Source of the DNA: Candidatus Micrarchaeota archaeon
GTDB taxonomy: Archaea; Micrarchaeota; Micrarchaeia; Anstonellales; Anstonellaceae
NCBI GenBank assembly: GCA_043806415.1
Contig: JAZDHB010000025.1
Span: 1 to 46,124, forward strand
Length of the DNA: 46,124 nt
Direction: 5' to 3'
Shown here: positions 7,201 through 14,713 of the stretch, piece after piece
How the letters are laid out: the number at the start of each line of letters is the position of its first letter
How positions within the stretch are numbered: position 1 is the first letter of the stretch
The notes under the pieces: generated by a model
What the model was told of the DNA's origin: nothing
Seen by the model: the letters and a program-made list of their open reading frames with translations, nothing else
Database searches by the model: none
Program-made: the position numbers and the translations under genes

Positions 7201-9262
7201 TATACTTGGAAGCATCTGTCGTCCATTCCTCGTGCAATGCATCAAGGCTCTCCAGCGTTGTGAGGCCCTTCTTAAAGAACCTTGCGTATGCCGCGGTAAT
7301 ATTATTCATTTTTTCTTCGATTTCTTTCAATCGGAGCTTGCCCGCATCGCTATTGCCTCGAATATCCATGCGCTCTCTCACCAAACCGTTGCATTCGTCG
7401 ATTGTCTTCTCCAGGTAATGGATTCTTCTGCGTCTGGATTCGATACTCCGCTTCTGCTCTTCCGGCGTCAGGGTTTGGCCGTCCTTCGCTTCATGTCCCG
7501 TTCCAATGCTGCTGGACGTGGTGTTCGTCTCGTTCCCTTTTTCCAGGGGCCTGTTGCCGTCCATCTGCAGCCCATTCGTCTTCTCCACCATGTTGCGCTT
7601 CTTCCCGCCCCCAAACGTTTTGCTTGCCAGCGGCAGGCCGATCATCATGCCCGCGTCCGCGCCGATTTTCATCACGTCCGCGAGGCTCCAATAGCTCGAG
7701 CCCGCCCGCAGGACCGTTTTCCAGATCTCGTACGACATGGTGCCCGTCATGCCGGCCGATGCGCCGATATCCGCGAGCCTGACCGCCGCGCCCATTGCCT
7801 TGCTCTCGGCCCCCAGCGTGGCAACCACCCGCCCCGCGCCCGGCACGCACATGAGCGCGCCCATGATGGCCTGTCCCGCGCTTCCGTTTTTCATGGCCTG
7901 GTCGATCTGATGGGCGCCCATGCCGAAGAACAGCGCCGCCCCCACCCCGGGCTGCACGAGCGAAACGACGCCCAGGCCGGCCATTTCCAGCTCGCCTGAA
8001 TAGCGCTCGACGAATCTGGAAACGGGCGCCCAGAACCGGTTGGTGATGGGGGACTCGGAGTAAAGGCCGAAAAAGGTGGGCTCGTAGGTGCGCCAGCGCT
8101 CGTTCTCCATCGCCTTGCCGTATTTGTCGAAAATGGATCCGGCCTGCGAGACGAACTCTTCGGGTTCGACGTTTCCCCAGTTGGTGCGCACCGCCTCCTC
8201 GAGCAGGCCCGCGTCCCGGCCCACGCCCGCCAGCGTGCGGCGGATGTCCGCATCCGGCGTCTGGCTTGCCACCTGCTTGGAGCTTATCCCGACCCCCAGC
8301 AGCCACGCGCCCATGTTCCTGCGCACCTCGTCCGGCGAATCCGCTTCCCAGTCCCTTTGGCCGGTCAGGTATCCTTCGGCGCGCGAGCCTCGGAGGGCCG
8401 GCTCGCGCTCTGCGAGTTTCTGGAGCAGACTGTCCAGATACTTCGCCATCTCCTCCGGGCCCTCCAGTTTGGCGAGCGCGCCGGAAACGTTCTTTGGCGA
8501 GAACTGCGAGAATCCTGCTGGCACGTTGCGCCATTGCCCTTGCGTGTCGGCGTAAGTCGCGTCCGTCTCGGCCTTGAATATCTTGCTCCCGCCTTTTTCC
8601 AATCCATCCAGCTCCCCGATGAGCCCGGAATAGAGCGCGGGTTGCATCCGGCTTTGGAGCACGACCCCGTACTCGTCCGCGTCCAGCTCGTTTCCGAAGA
8701 GGGCGTAGAAACCCGAAATCCGCCCCTCCTTGTTTCGGACCTCTTGCATGGGCGCCTGTTCCTTGAGGTACGCCTCCTGCTCGGCCCGGCTCTTCTTGAT
8801 GGCGGCCGCCACCTTCTTCTTCCCGGCCACGTCCGGGGAGATGTTATCCAGGATCTTCATCTTTTCCTCGCTGGAGGTGCTCCCGTCCTTTTGCGAGAGG
8901 AAACGGATCTGGCCAACCAGAGCCTCCTCGCTTTTTTTGGCGCTTGATGCGAGGAGTTTCCTGTTTTCCTTGCGCCCGCCGTATCGCACCGCTTTTTCCA
9001 GCAGCGCGATCTTGTCCTTGACGGAAGCGTCCGAATTCTCATATTCAACCAATAGTCTCTTGAGCCGGGCATCCGTCCGATTGTCCGGCCGCCCGGAGTT
9101 TGCGATGATCGATCCGATGTCCTGCGCCACGGCCCAGCCGCTCCGCTTTATCCTGGCGTCAAGACGGATCTGCGAGCCGCCCATCGTCCCTTCCGCGGGC
9201 AATGTGTCGAAGAAGAAGCGCTTGTCCGCTTTCCGTCCATCCGTCGCGGCCTTTTGTTGCAT
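4220..9262 (-). CDS. Giant (1680 aa) multidomain protein: unknown N-terminal region, glycine-zipper membrane segment, coiled coil, HExxH zincin motif, possible His/Cys hydrolase region, C-terminal GHKL (HATPase_c) domain
   Basis: Uninterrupted 5 kb ORF. C-terminal N-box IENLVSNAERYG, G1 DDGPGL and G2 GSTGVGLW. LIHETHHYLG at codons 6842-6862. Gly/Ala-rich hydrophobic stretch at aa ~425-552 (nt 7607-7990). TATA attttattaat (9281-9293, minus sense) lies about 25 nt upstream of ATG 9262. Confidence 0.85.
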   Translation of the reverse strand: MQQKAATDGRKADKRFFFDTLPAEGTMGGSQIRLDARIKRSGWAVAQDIGSIIANSGRPDNRTDARLKRLLVEYENSDASVKDKIALLEKAVRYGGRKENRKLLASSAKKSEEALVGQIRFLSQKDGSTSSEEKMKILDNISPDVAGKKKVAAAIKKSRAEQEAYLKEQAPMQEVRNKEGRISGFYALFGNELDADEYGVVLQSRMQPALYSGLIGELDGLEKGGSKIFKAETDATYADTQGQWRNVPAGFSQFSPKNVSGALAKLEGPEEMAKYLDSLLQKLAEREPALRGSRAEGYLTGQRDWEADSPDEVRRNMGAWLLGVGISSKQVASQTPDADIRRTLAGVGRDAGLLEEAVRTNWGNVEPEEFVSQAGSIFDKYGKAMENERWRTYEPTFFGLYSESPITNRFWAPVSRFVERYSGELEMAGLGVVSLVQPGVGAALFFGMGAHQIDQAMKNGSAGQAIMGALMCVPGAGRVVATLGAESKAMGAAVRLADIGASAGMTGTMSYEIWKTVLRAGSSYWSLADVMKIGADAGMMIGLPLASKTFGGGKKRNMVEKTNGLQMDGNRPLEKGNETNTTSSSIGTGHEAKDGQTLTPEEQKRSIESRRRRIHYLEKTIDECNGLVRERMDIRGNSDAGKLRLKEIEEKMNNITAAYARFFKKGLTTLESLDALHEEWTTDASKYKNIRRYSTKDAGGYVKNYQGNRSKVRGVAYRGSLNKTDVTTTDGFTKAMRLMEKEYEGTPQGKFLQENPPMVLGANVLFPLILARMGEYYPTTDIILVERAGMPKARARSVSVLIHETHHYLGSLGKDGAFNEGYTQLLTEAILEKNGVKSSRVYGSAVEGAYYLEQIVGQDVMNDAYFNGNHARLKAALDEKLGDGTYDRCMSFSYGLLGTVKFRRYVKKAIKKANLGGKEIKVSKWDKKTSWKEREKTQPDRMVEKFETPVATDQTKPDSKTGQASGMDAKAELDKKASIDKIQEIYEKKFGRPFELPKSVAWEKFDVIDADCVEKIIRGSKRAGCAFSVSEYLRIINSPSFSPEYRDLVGVILSNFKKDGDVSIGNGLVKLRNHMEAGRSFGENLQNIRDAPEEFRKKYPHYNRGLADLIINACAMDALEFERPGAVEFLHKNNGIEFFGRYSLETLINQYDNYGKRNPLKPLMVIINPLRDWNGAFYGDIKNIEGLCENMDARIVEVGSAKDAKNEIAKTAGLYGDLISSVWVSGHSTKRTMQLGNAISGLVSGVGIAYGGDLSKYFIPHPSVIVVGCKSGADVIGGMARSASGRYKNALFYAPSSTDAGHIIEYAGTDPAGTPLFDVKWTSEFSNIYEGGKVIAQPNINDRIEERKVAKQTGENAALKNIEELGNTASEEMAEMLKVGIMHNAKNLAITPRNLAEIILMDINQESSPPALVENLKLVSKSGGEMGRLFDELAKSKKPPQTGPGSESVQMPREPAQIIADMEKNIETTRAALDKVIPLLENQQGGQEMDEFIDLFKFAQDGLDIALSEMEGSTQIRLNNIALTIYDACANSTKNRRISMDVQYYKTTDGSALEPIRLQDESVFANYNPLMVRAIIENLVSNAERYGSSAGKIEVVIGPSDVKIRMSDDGPGLSAGMAAHAFDYNTKLENRKEGSTGVGLWYCKWAAEQMGGTIGFTDLGPAYGGKMTTIEVSLPIAKME

Positions 9263-9494
9263 GTGCGCATTTTCAGGGGCAGATTAATAAAATCCCCGCC
9301 CGCCGGCCTTCGTTCCGATGGCGTCGGATCCGCCATTTTTTCGGACCGGCCCGCCTCCGGTCTGTCCATCCAAGCTCCCATTCATACTCGTTTTTCCTTT
9401 TTGCCACCCTGCGGGCGAAAATCCCGCATTCGAGCCGAGGAGAAGATAGCTATTTAAACCATTTCATCGTAGCGATGGCGCAACAGGCGACATT

Positions 9495-10562
9495 ATGGAC
9501 AGCATTGTGAAGTCAGTCCTGGGAGAGCAAGAGCCAGCTCAGAATGCAGAATCTTTTGGCTCAGACCAAATTAGGATAGTTGTAGTAGGAGTAGGAGGCG
9601 GTGGCAACAACACCATCAACCGACTCATCCGCTCGGGCGTGAAGGGATGCGATCTGGTCGCGGTGAATACCGACCGGCAGCACCTGAACATGATCCACGA
9701 GAAAGCCAAGAAGGTGCTCATCGGAAAGAGCATCACCAAAGGTCTTGGCGCTGGTGGCTACCCCGAGACCGGGACGAAGTCGGCCGAAGTCGACCGCGGA
9801 CTCTTGGAAAAGGAAATGGAAGGCGCCCACCTCGTGTTCATTTGCGCGGGCATGGGCGGTGGCACGGGAACAGGCGCTGCACCGGTGATCGCGGAGATCG
9901 CCAAGGAGCAGGGGGCCATCACCGTGGCCATGGTGACCTATCCGTTCAACCTCGAGCGGGCCCGCCGGCAGAAAGCCGACGAAGGCATCCAGAAACTGCG
10001 CAAGACCGTCGACTCGGTTATCGTGCTTGACAACAACAGGCTCGTCAAGCTCGTGCCGAACCTCCCGATGAACGAAGCGTTCGCGGTGGCCGATGAGATC
10101 CTGGCCAAAGCGGTCGGTGGCCTGGTATGGACCATCACCCAGCCCAGCCTGATCAACATCGACTTCGCCGACGTGCGCGCGATCGTATCGGGCGGAGGCG
10201 TGGGCTTCATCGCCGTGGGCGAGGGCAAGGGCAACGACAAGGTTCGCGGGGCCGCCGAAGGCGTGCTCAAGAACCGCCTGCTCGACGTGGACTTCGACGG
10301 CGCCAACGGCGCCCTGATCCACATCTCCGGTGGCGCCGACCTGACATTGGGCGATGCCATCAAGGCCGGTGAAATCATCACCGAGAAGATGGATCCGCAG
10401 GCCAACGTCAAGTGGGGTGCCCGTCTCATCCCCGGATACGACGGAAAGCTGGAAATCGTGGCGATCGTCACCGGCGTCAAGGGAGCCAACATATTCGGTT
10501 CGGCCCCCGAGGAGCCGGCGCGCGCGCCCTCGAGCTACAGCGACATCGAGATAATCGGATAA
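9495..10562 (+). CDS. ftsZ: Cell division GTPase FtsZ (paralog A)
   Basis: IVVVGVGGGGNNTINRL, the tubulin signature AGMGGGTGTGAAPVIAEIAKE, and NDKVRGAAE... Confidence 0.95.
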   Translation: MDSIVKSVLGEQEPAQNAESFGSDQIRIVVVGVGGGGNNTINRLIRSGVKGCDLVAVNTDRQHLNMIHEKAKKVLIGKSITKGLGAGGYPETGTKSAEVDRGLLEKEMEGAHLVFICAGMGGGTGTGAAPVIAEIAKEQGAITVAMVTYPFNLERARRQKADEGIQKLRKTVDSVIVLDNNRLVKLVPNLPMNEAFAVADEILAKAVGGLVWTITQPSLINIDFADVRAIVSGGGVGFIAVGEGKGNDKVRGAAEGVLKNRLLDVDFDGANGALIHISGGADLTLGDAIKAGEIITEKMDPQANVKWGARLIPGYDGKLEIVAIVTGVKGANIFGSAPEEPARAPSSYSDIEIIG

Positions 10563-10965
10563 ATAATCCGGTTATTTCCTCTTTTTTCTTTTTCAATTTT
10601 TTTCTTATTTCTTCGCGTCATTCGAATATTTTCCTTAGGTGGTTGAATAGAAAACAGATCCCTCCTAAACCAAGAGGAAAGCGACGTGCGGGCCATCCGA
10701 AAATCCCGTGCCAAATTGGCCCGTGGCGAAATCTCCCTTCATTCGCAAAAAGAGCTTGATTCATACTAATTCAAGTTCAAGGTCCCGCAATCAATTTACA
10801 CTCTTTTTCCTCCCTATCACATTCTCCTCCAAAACAGCGTTTTTTCCACGTCGGAGCGGGTGCTGCCTTTTTATTCTTTTTTCTAGTTCATGTAGCGAAT
10901 GTTCTTCGTGCGGTCCGGTGGCGACCGGGGCGGCATGGTGAACGACGTAGCTGGCAAAAAGGGGG

Positions 10966-12084
10966 ATGGGGTATATGTTCGAGGACATCATTGCATCGGC
11001 AAAATCAAACGGCAGCGTGCAGCAGGAAGCGCGCGCGGCCTCAAGCGACGAGAGCTTATTCTCAAACGACAAAATCCGCATCGCCGTCATCGGCGTCGGC
11101 GGGGCGGGCTGCAACACCGTGGACCGCATGATGAAGAACGGCATCAAGTCCGCGCAGACCATCGCGATCAACACGGACAATCTCCACTTAAGAAGCATCC
11201 AGGCGCACAAGAAAATCCTCCTGGGCGCGAACGTCACCAAAGGCCTCGGAGCCGGCGGCTTCCCTGAGGTGGCCCAGAAGTGCGCCGAAGCTTCCCGCGC
11301 GCAATTGCGCGAGCAGATCGGCGAGAACGAGCTCGTGTTCCTTGCGGCCGGCATGGGCGGCGGCACCGGCACCGGCGCCTCCTCCATCGTGGCCGAAGTG
11401 GCCAAAGAGCAGGGCGCCATCGTCATCTCCATCGTCACGATCCCGTTCGCGCTCGAGCGGGCGCGCATCAAGAAGGCTGAATGGGGCCTCAAGCAGCTCG
11501 CCGCCGTCTCCGACACGGTCGCGGTCATCGACAACAACCGCCTCGTGAGCTACGCGCCGAACCTCCCCATCACCGAAGCCTTCAACCTCGCCGATGCCAT
11601 CACCGGCAAGGCCGTGCTGGGCATCGCCGACACCATCATGCTCCCCTCGCTTCTGAACATCGACTATGCCGATGTCAAGTCCATCATGGAGAAGGGCGGC
11701 ATCTCGCTCATCTCGCTGGGCGAAGGCCGGGGCACCGACCGCGTGGACCAGGTGGTCAAGAACACGCTCGATCACCCGCTGCTCGACGTCTCCTACGAAG
11801 GCGCCAAAGGCGCTTTATTGCACATCTGCGGGGGCAACAGCCTCTCGCTGGGCGATTCCATCTCCATCGGCGAAAAGCTCACCTCTAGCTTCGATCCCAA
11901 CGCCAATGTCAAGATCGGCGCGCGCCTCGTGCCGGACATGGGCGACACGGTCAGCGTGACGGCCATCGTCACCGGCCTTAAATCCGGGCAGGTGATGGGC
12001 ATGCTGGTGGGCGAGCGGGGCGACGAGCGCGCCCCCAATTCCCCCCGCCCGCCGAGCATGATGGAGAACATCGTCGAGATATAA
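10966..12084 (+). CDS. ftsZ: Cell division GTPase FtsZ (paralog B)
   Basis: IAVIGVGGAGCNTVDRM and AGMGGGTGTGASSIVAEVAKE. An alternative ATG at 10975 is possible. Confidence 0.95.
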   Translation: MGYMFEDIIASAKSNGSVQQEARAASSDESLFSNDKIRIAVIGVGGAGCNTVDRMMKNGIKSAQTIAINTDNLHLRSIQAHKKILLGANVTKGLGAGGFPEVAQKCAEASRAQLREQIGENELVFLAAGMGGGTGTGASSIVAEVAKEQGAIVISIVTIPFALERARIKKAEWGLKQLAAVSDTVAVIDNNRLVSYAPNLPITEAFNLADAITGKAVLGIADTIMLPSLLNIDYADVKSIMEKGGISLISLGEGRGTDRVDQVVKNTLDHPLLDVSYEGAKGALLHICGGNSLSLGDSISIGEKLTSSFDPNANVKIGARLVPDMGDTVSVTAIVTGLKSGQVMGMLVGERGDERAPNSPRPPSMMENIVEI

Positions 12085-12108
12085 AGAAGCAGAATCTTTT
12101 TTTAGTTT

Positions 12109-13428
12109 TCAATCCGCCCAAGGCGGAGCCTCGGACGGTTTCTTTTGCACCGCCCCTTTGGCCCACGGCGGCGCATCCGCCGGTTTCTTCTCGTCCGGGA
12201 CGTTCGGGGTTTCTTTTTGGCTCGTTTCGCTTCCGCTCGAACGCGGGGGCGCATCCCCCGGCTTCTTTTCTTCCGGCTTTCTCTCTTCCGATAAGGGCAT
12301 CTTGTTCTCGACGATGGGTGCCGTGGCATCTGTCTGGGCCGCGACTAGGCTTGTTTTGGGCTGCGTTTGGGCGTCAACATGGTCTGTTCGAGACTGGTTT
12401 TGAGGGTTGGCCGGGCTTGTTTGCCTGGTTTGTGCATTGGCCGGGCTTGCCTGGGCTTGAACCTCCAGTTTCGTCTGTTCGGGCACGGTCTTGGCTTCCG
12501 GGGCTTTGTGCAAGGCGCCAGCTGCGGGTTGCACGTCCTGTCTTTGCATATGATGTCCTCCGTGCCTCGGCCGGTTCCTGTGCGAAAACAGGGCATATGC
12601 CGCGATGGCCAAGGCCGCAAGCACCACCATGGCGGGCAATAGCACTCCTGCAAGGGAAGAGCCGGCATCTGGGCTTGTTTGGGCACGCTGGGCCGTTGAG
12701 GGCACGGTGCCGGGGCCCAGCCACGAGCCTGGTGGTTGCGTCCGGATCCCGCTCTCCGGCCCGCTGGCCGTGATATTAGGGATGGGACCGGATGCGCCGG
12801 CCGCGCCCGCACCTGTCTGCCCGCTCAAATCCGTTGCCCCGCTTGCGTTGTTCCCGGCCTGGCTGTTGGGCGAGGCGCTCGGCGCCGGGGTCGAGGCTGG
12901 ACTCTGCGCCAGGCTCTCCGGAATCAGCCGGAATACGGCCAGGCCGCTCTCGTTCGGGGACGAGATGCACAACTGGTTGCCCTGCGCCTCGACCCCGATG
13001 GGGGCGCCTGCCTGGAGGGCGAACGAATACGCGAGGCGTCCGTCGCTGAACGCCCTTGGCTGGCCGTTCGAATCATCCACCGGCCGGAAAGCCCGCTCCG
13101 ACACCAGCTTGAACAGGCACGAGCCGGGCGTCTGGTTGCTGAAATTGGCGGCCAGCTCGACCTCCTTGTCGTCGAGCGGCTGTCCGAAGCTCTGGTAGTC
13201 CGGCCCGGCTCCGAAGCCGGGGTAGCATTTCTGGCCGATGCAGCTGAAGACGGAAAGCTGCGAGTCGTTGCCGAAGTAGATATTGATGCCGTCGTAGTTC
13301 AGGTAGGTGGGCGCCAGGGCGCTGGCGTTCGTTGAATTCGGTGCCGCCCATGCGGCCGCAAGAAATAGAAATAAGATCGCGCACGTCCTGGTAAAATCCA
13401 TCCGGCTTTTTATACCCGTTCCCGCCAT
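12109..13428 (-). CDS. Type-I membrane protein: signal peptide, Ser/Pro-rich stalk, one TM, low-complexity basic cytoplasmic tail with KKPx(D/E)APPW repeats
   Basis: N-terminal hydrophobic CAILFLFLAAAWA. TM LAGVLLPAMVVLAALAIAAYALF followed by HRNRPRH. TATA ttataaa (13450-13456, minus sense) lies about 25 nt upstream of ATG 13428. Confidence 0.7.
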   Translation of the reverse strand: MAGTGIKSRMDFTRTCAILFLFLAAAWAAPNSTNASALAPTYLNYDGINIYFGNDSQLSVFSCIGQKCYPGFGAGPDYQSFGQPLDDKEVELAANFSNQTPGSCLFKLVSERAFRPVDDSNGQPRAFSDGRLAYSFALQAGAPIGVEAQGNQLCISSPNESGLAVFRLIPESLAQSPASTPAPSASPNSQAGNNASGATDLSGQTGAGAAGASGPIPNITASGPESGIRTQPPGSWLGPGTVPSTAQRAQTSPDAGSSLAGVLLPAMVVLAALAIAAYALFSHRNRPRHGGHHMQRQDVQPAAGALHKAPEAKTVPEQTKLEVQAQASPANAQTRQTSPANPQNQSRTDHVDAQTQPKTSLVAAQTDATAPIVENKMPLSEERKPEEKKPGDAPPRSSGSETSQKETPNVPDEKKPADAPPWAKGAVQKKPSEAPPWAD

Positions 13429-13493
13429 GCCTCAAGCACGCACTGAAAATTTATAATCGGATTTCCCCGCACTTTCTTTCTCTTTGGAAGGCG

Positions 13494-13576
13494 TTTTCTT
13501 TCCCGCAGGCATACTTCTTTCTTTCGGGGTCAAGCCCATTTCTTTCCCGCAGGCATACTTCTTTCTTTCGGGGTCA
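13494..13576. repeat. Two tandem copies with a 45-bp period (conserved core ttctttcccgcaggcatacttctttctttcggggtca, 37 nt)
   Basis: Copies at 13494-13532 and 13539-13576, near identical by direct comparison. Located between tRNA-Ala and the promoter of 12109..13428. Confidence 0.85.
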
Positions 13577-13578
13577 GA

Positions 13579-13641
13579 CCGTTTCTCTTTCTTTTCGTGA
13601 AGGTTTTCTTTCTCTTCCGCAGAAGAGAAAGAAAAGGTTCT
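13579..13641 (-). repeat. Intron-like hairpin element immediately 3' of tRNA-Ala (family member 1)
   Basis: Minus-sense AGAACCTTTTCTTTCTCTTC-TGCG-GAAGAGAAAGAAAACCTTCACGAAAAGAAAGAG. It has a 14-bp perfect stem and aligns at roughly 75-80% with the tRNA-Thr intron. Confidence 0.75.
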
Positions 13642-13796
13642 TGGACACAGGGGGAATCGAACCCCCAGTCTCTGCCTCGTTCGGAGCCCTTTGGCTTTGC
13701 GGGCATTGCCCCCGGAAATTCTTTTTCCGGGGTTTTTGGCGCTCCGCGCCAAAAAGCCCTTGCGAAGGCAGCGTCTTACCATTCGACTATGTGCCC
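13642..13796 (-). tRNA. tRNA-Ala(CGC) with an approximately 83-nt intron at 37/38 (about 13678-13760)
   Basis: Minus-sense GGGCACA-TA-GTCG-AATGGTA-AGAC-G-CTGCC-TTCGCAA ... GGCAG-AGACT-GGGGG-TTCGATT-CCCCC-TGTGTCC-A. The G3:U70 pair is the Ala identity element. The intron folds into two long hairpins (a 14-bp stem with one mismatch and a perfect 9-bp stem). No CCA is encoded. Confidence 0.9.
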
Positions 13797-13808
13797 GTTC
13801 TGATTTAC

Positions 13809-13937
13809 GGCGAAGGCAGCGCCTTCCTCAGCGCGAAGCGCTGGGGATAGACGGCCAACAGGCCGGCGTATACGCAAGCCCGCAGGATTGCGGACAGGCC
13901 GCCAGAAGGCGGCCGTGTACCATCCGACTATGTGCCC
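13809..13937 (-). pseudogene. Partial upstream duplicate of the tRNA-Ala 5' half, interrupted by an insert of about 93 nt
   Basis: GGGCACATAGTCGGATGGTA (13918-13937) matches the functional copy at 19 of 20 positions. AGGCGCTGCCTTCGCC (13809-13824) repeats the D-stem and anticodon-arm segment. The upstream motif TAAATCAG is also duplicated. There is no separate T-arm or 3' acceptor strand. Confidence 0.6.
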
Positions 13938-14014
13938 CTGTCAGAATCCGTGCCCCGGTCACCTGATTTAACTCGGGCAAGGTTAATAAAAACACTTTTC
14001 CCGCAAAGCAAGGC

Positions 14015-14680
14015 ATGAAAGTCGTCATTCTCTTCTCCGGCGGCAAGGATTCGGTCTATGCCACCCACCTCTGCCTCTCGTGGGGCTGGGAGGTGGAATG
14101 GCTCACCCTCCACCCTCAGGAGGATTCGATGATGTTCCACCACCCCAACACGCGATGGTGCGGACTGCAAGCCGAAGCGGCCGGAATCCAATGGCACGAA
14201 ATCCGGGCAGCAAGCCATGAAAACGAACTGGATGACCTCGAAGAAGCGCTCGGGCGCCTGAAGGCCGCCGGAAAAATCGAAGGCATCGTATCGGGCGCCA
14301 TCGCGTCCGAATACCAGAAGCAGCGCATCGAAGTCATCGGCGAGAATGTGGGCCTGCCCACCTTCGCCCCATTATGGCACAAGAAGCCGGATATCTTGCG
14401 CGAAATGCTCGAACAGATGGAAGTCTATCTCGTGTCCGCATCGGCCCAAGGGCTGGATGAGAAGTGGTTGGGCAGACGGCTGGAGCCCAAAGACGTGGAT
14501 CGCTTCCTTGCCATGAGGCCGGCCATCCATCCCTTCCTCGAGGGCGGCGAGGGCGAGACGTTCGTGTGCGACGCGCCGTTCTTCAGGAAAAAAATCAGGA
14601 TAAAGAAGATGGAAAAAACGTTCGAGGGCCAGTCCGGCCGGGTAAACATCCTCGAGGCGGTTCTTAAGAAAAAAGTCTGA
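14015..14680 (+). CDS. dph6: Diphthine-ammonia ligase (diphthamide synthase, MJ0570/Dph6 family PP-loop ATPase)
   Basis: N-terminal MKVVILFSGGKDS PP-loop, SGAIASEYQKQRIE, and C-terminal EGGEGETF. TATA ttaataaaaa 13983-13992 lies about 25 nt upstream of the ATG. Confidence 0.85.
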   Translation: MKVVILFSGGKDSVYATHLCLSWGWEVEWLTLHPQEDSMMFHHPNTRWCGLQAEAAGIQWHEIRAASHENELDDLEEALGRLKAAGKIEGIVSGAIASEYQKQRIEVIGENVGLPTFAPLWHKKPDILREMLEQMEVYLVSASAQGLDEKWLGRRLEPKDVDRFLAMRPAIHPFLEGGEGETFVCDAPFFRKKIRIKKMEKTFEGQSGRVNILEAVLKKKV

Positions 14681-14713
14681 GCCGTCTCTCCCCGCTCCCT
14701 TCTCTCTCCTCTT

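Noticed and set aside
6842-8555. ORFs of 120-385 aa on both strands inside the giant gene (for example 6842..7999 plus, 7491..8534 minus)
   Set aside because: All overlap the 1680-aa ORF, which has recognisable domains and a promoter. The overlapping frames are Arg/Pro/Gly-rich with no motifs.
10563-10965. Small ORFs (10708..10941 plus; a ~33-aa minus ORF) or a tRNA-like sequence in the ftsZ-ftsZ spacer
   Set aside because: The translations are low-complexity Ser/Phe/Cys-rich with no start context. The AGTTCAAGGTCCCGC segment does not extend into any cloverleaf. The spacer is therefore left as non-coding.
13494-13576. Possible CRISPR-like array (45-bp periodic repeats)
   Set aside because: There are only two copies. 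The 37-nt conserved cores are separated by just 7-8 nt rather than by unique spacers, and no cas genes are present. I treat it as a simple tandem duplication.
13432-13782. 116-aa ORF across the tRNA-Ala gene and its 3' repeats
   Set aside because: It overlaps a well-folding tRNA and tandem repeats. Its lysine/glutamate-rich translation merely reflects the purine-rich hairpin arms.
13809-13947. A second independent tRNA-Ala gene (for example GGC or UGC anticodon) in the upstream fragment
   Set aside because: I could not build a 7-nt anticodon loop or any T-arm from this segment. GGCCGCC-TTCT-GGCGGCC closes on a 4-nt loop, and the D-stem pairs only if a large insert is removed. It is kept as a fragment or alternative-exon hypothesis rather than as a gene.
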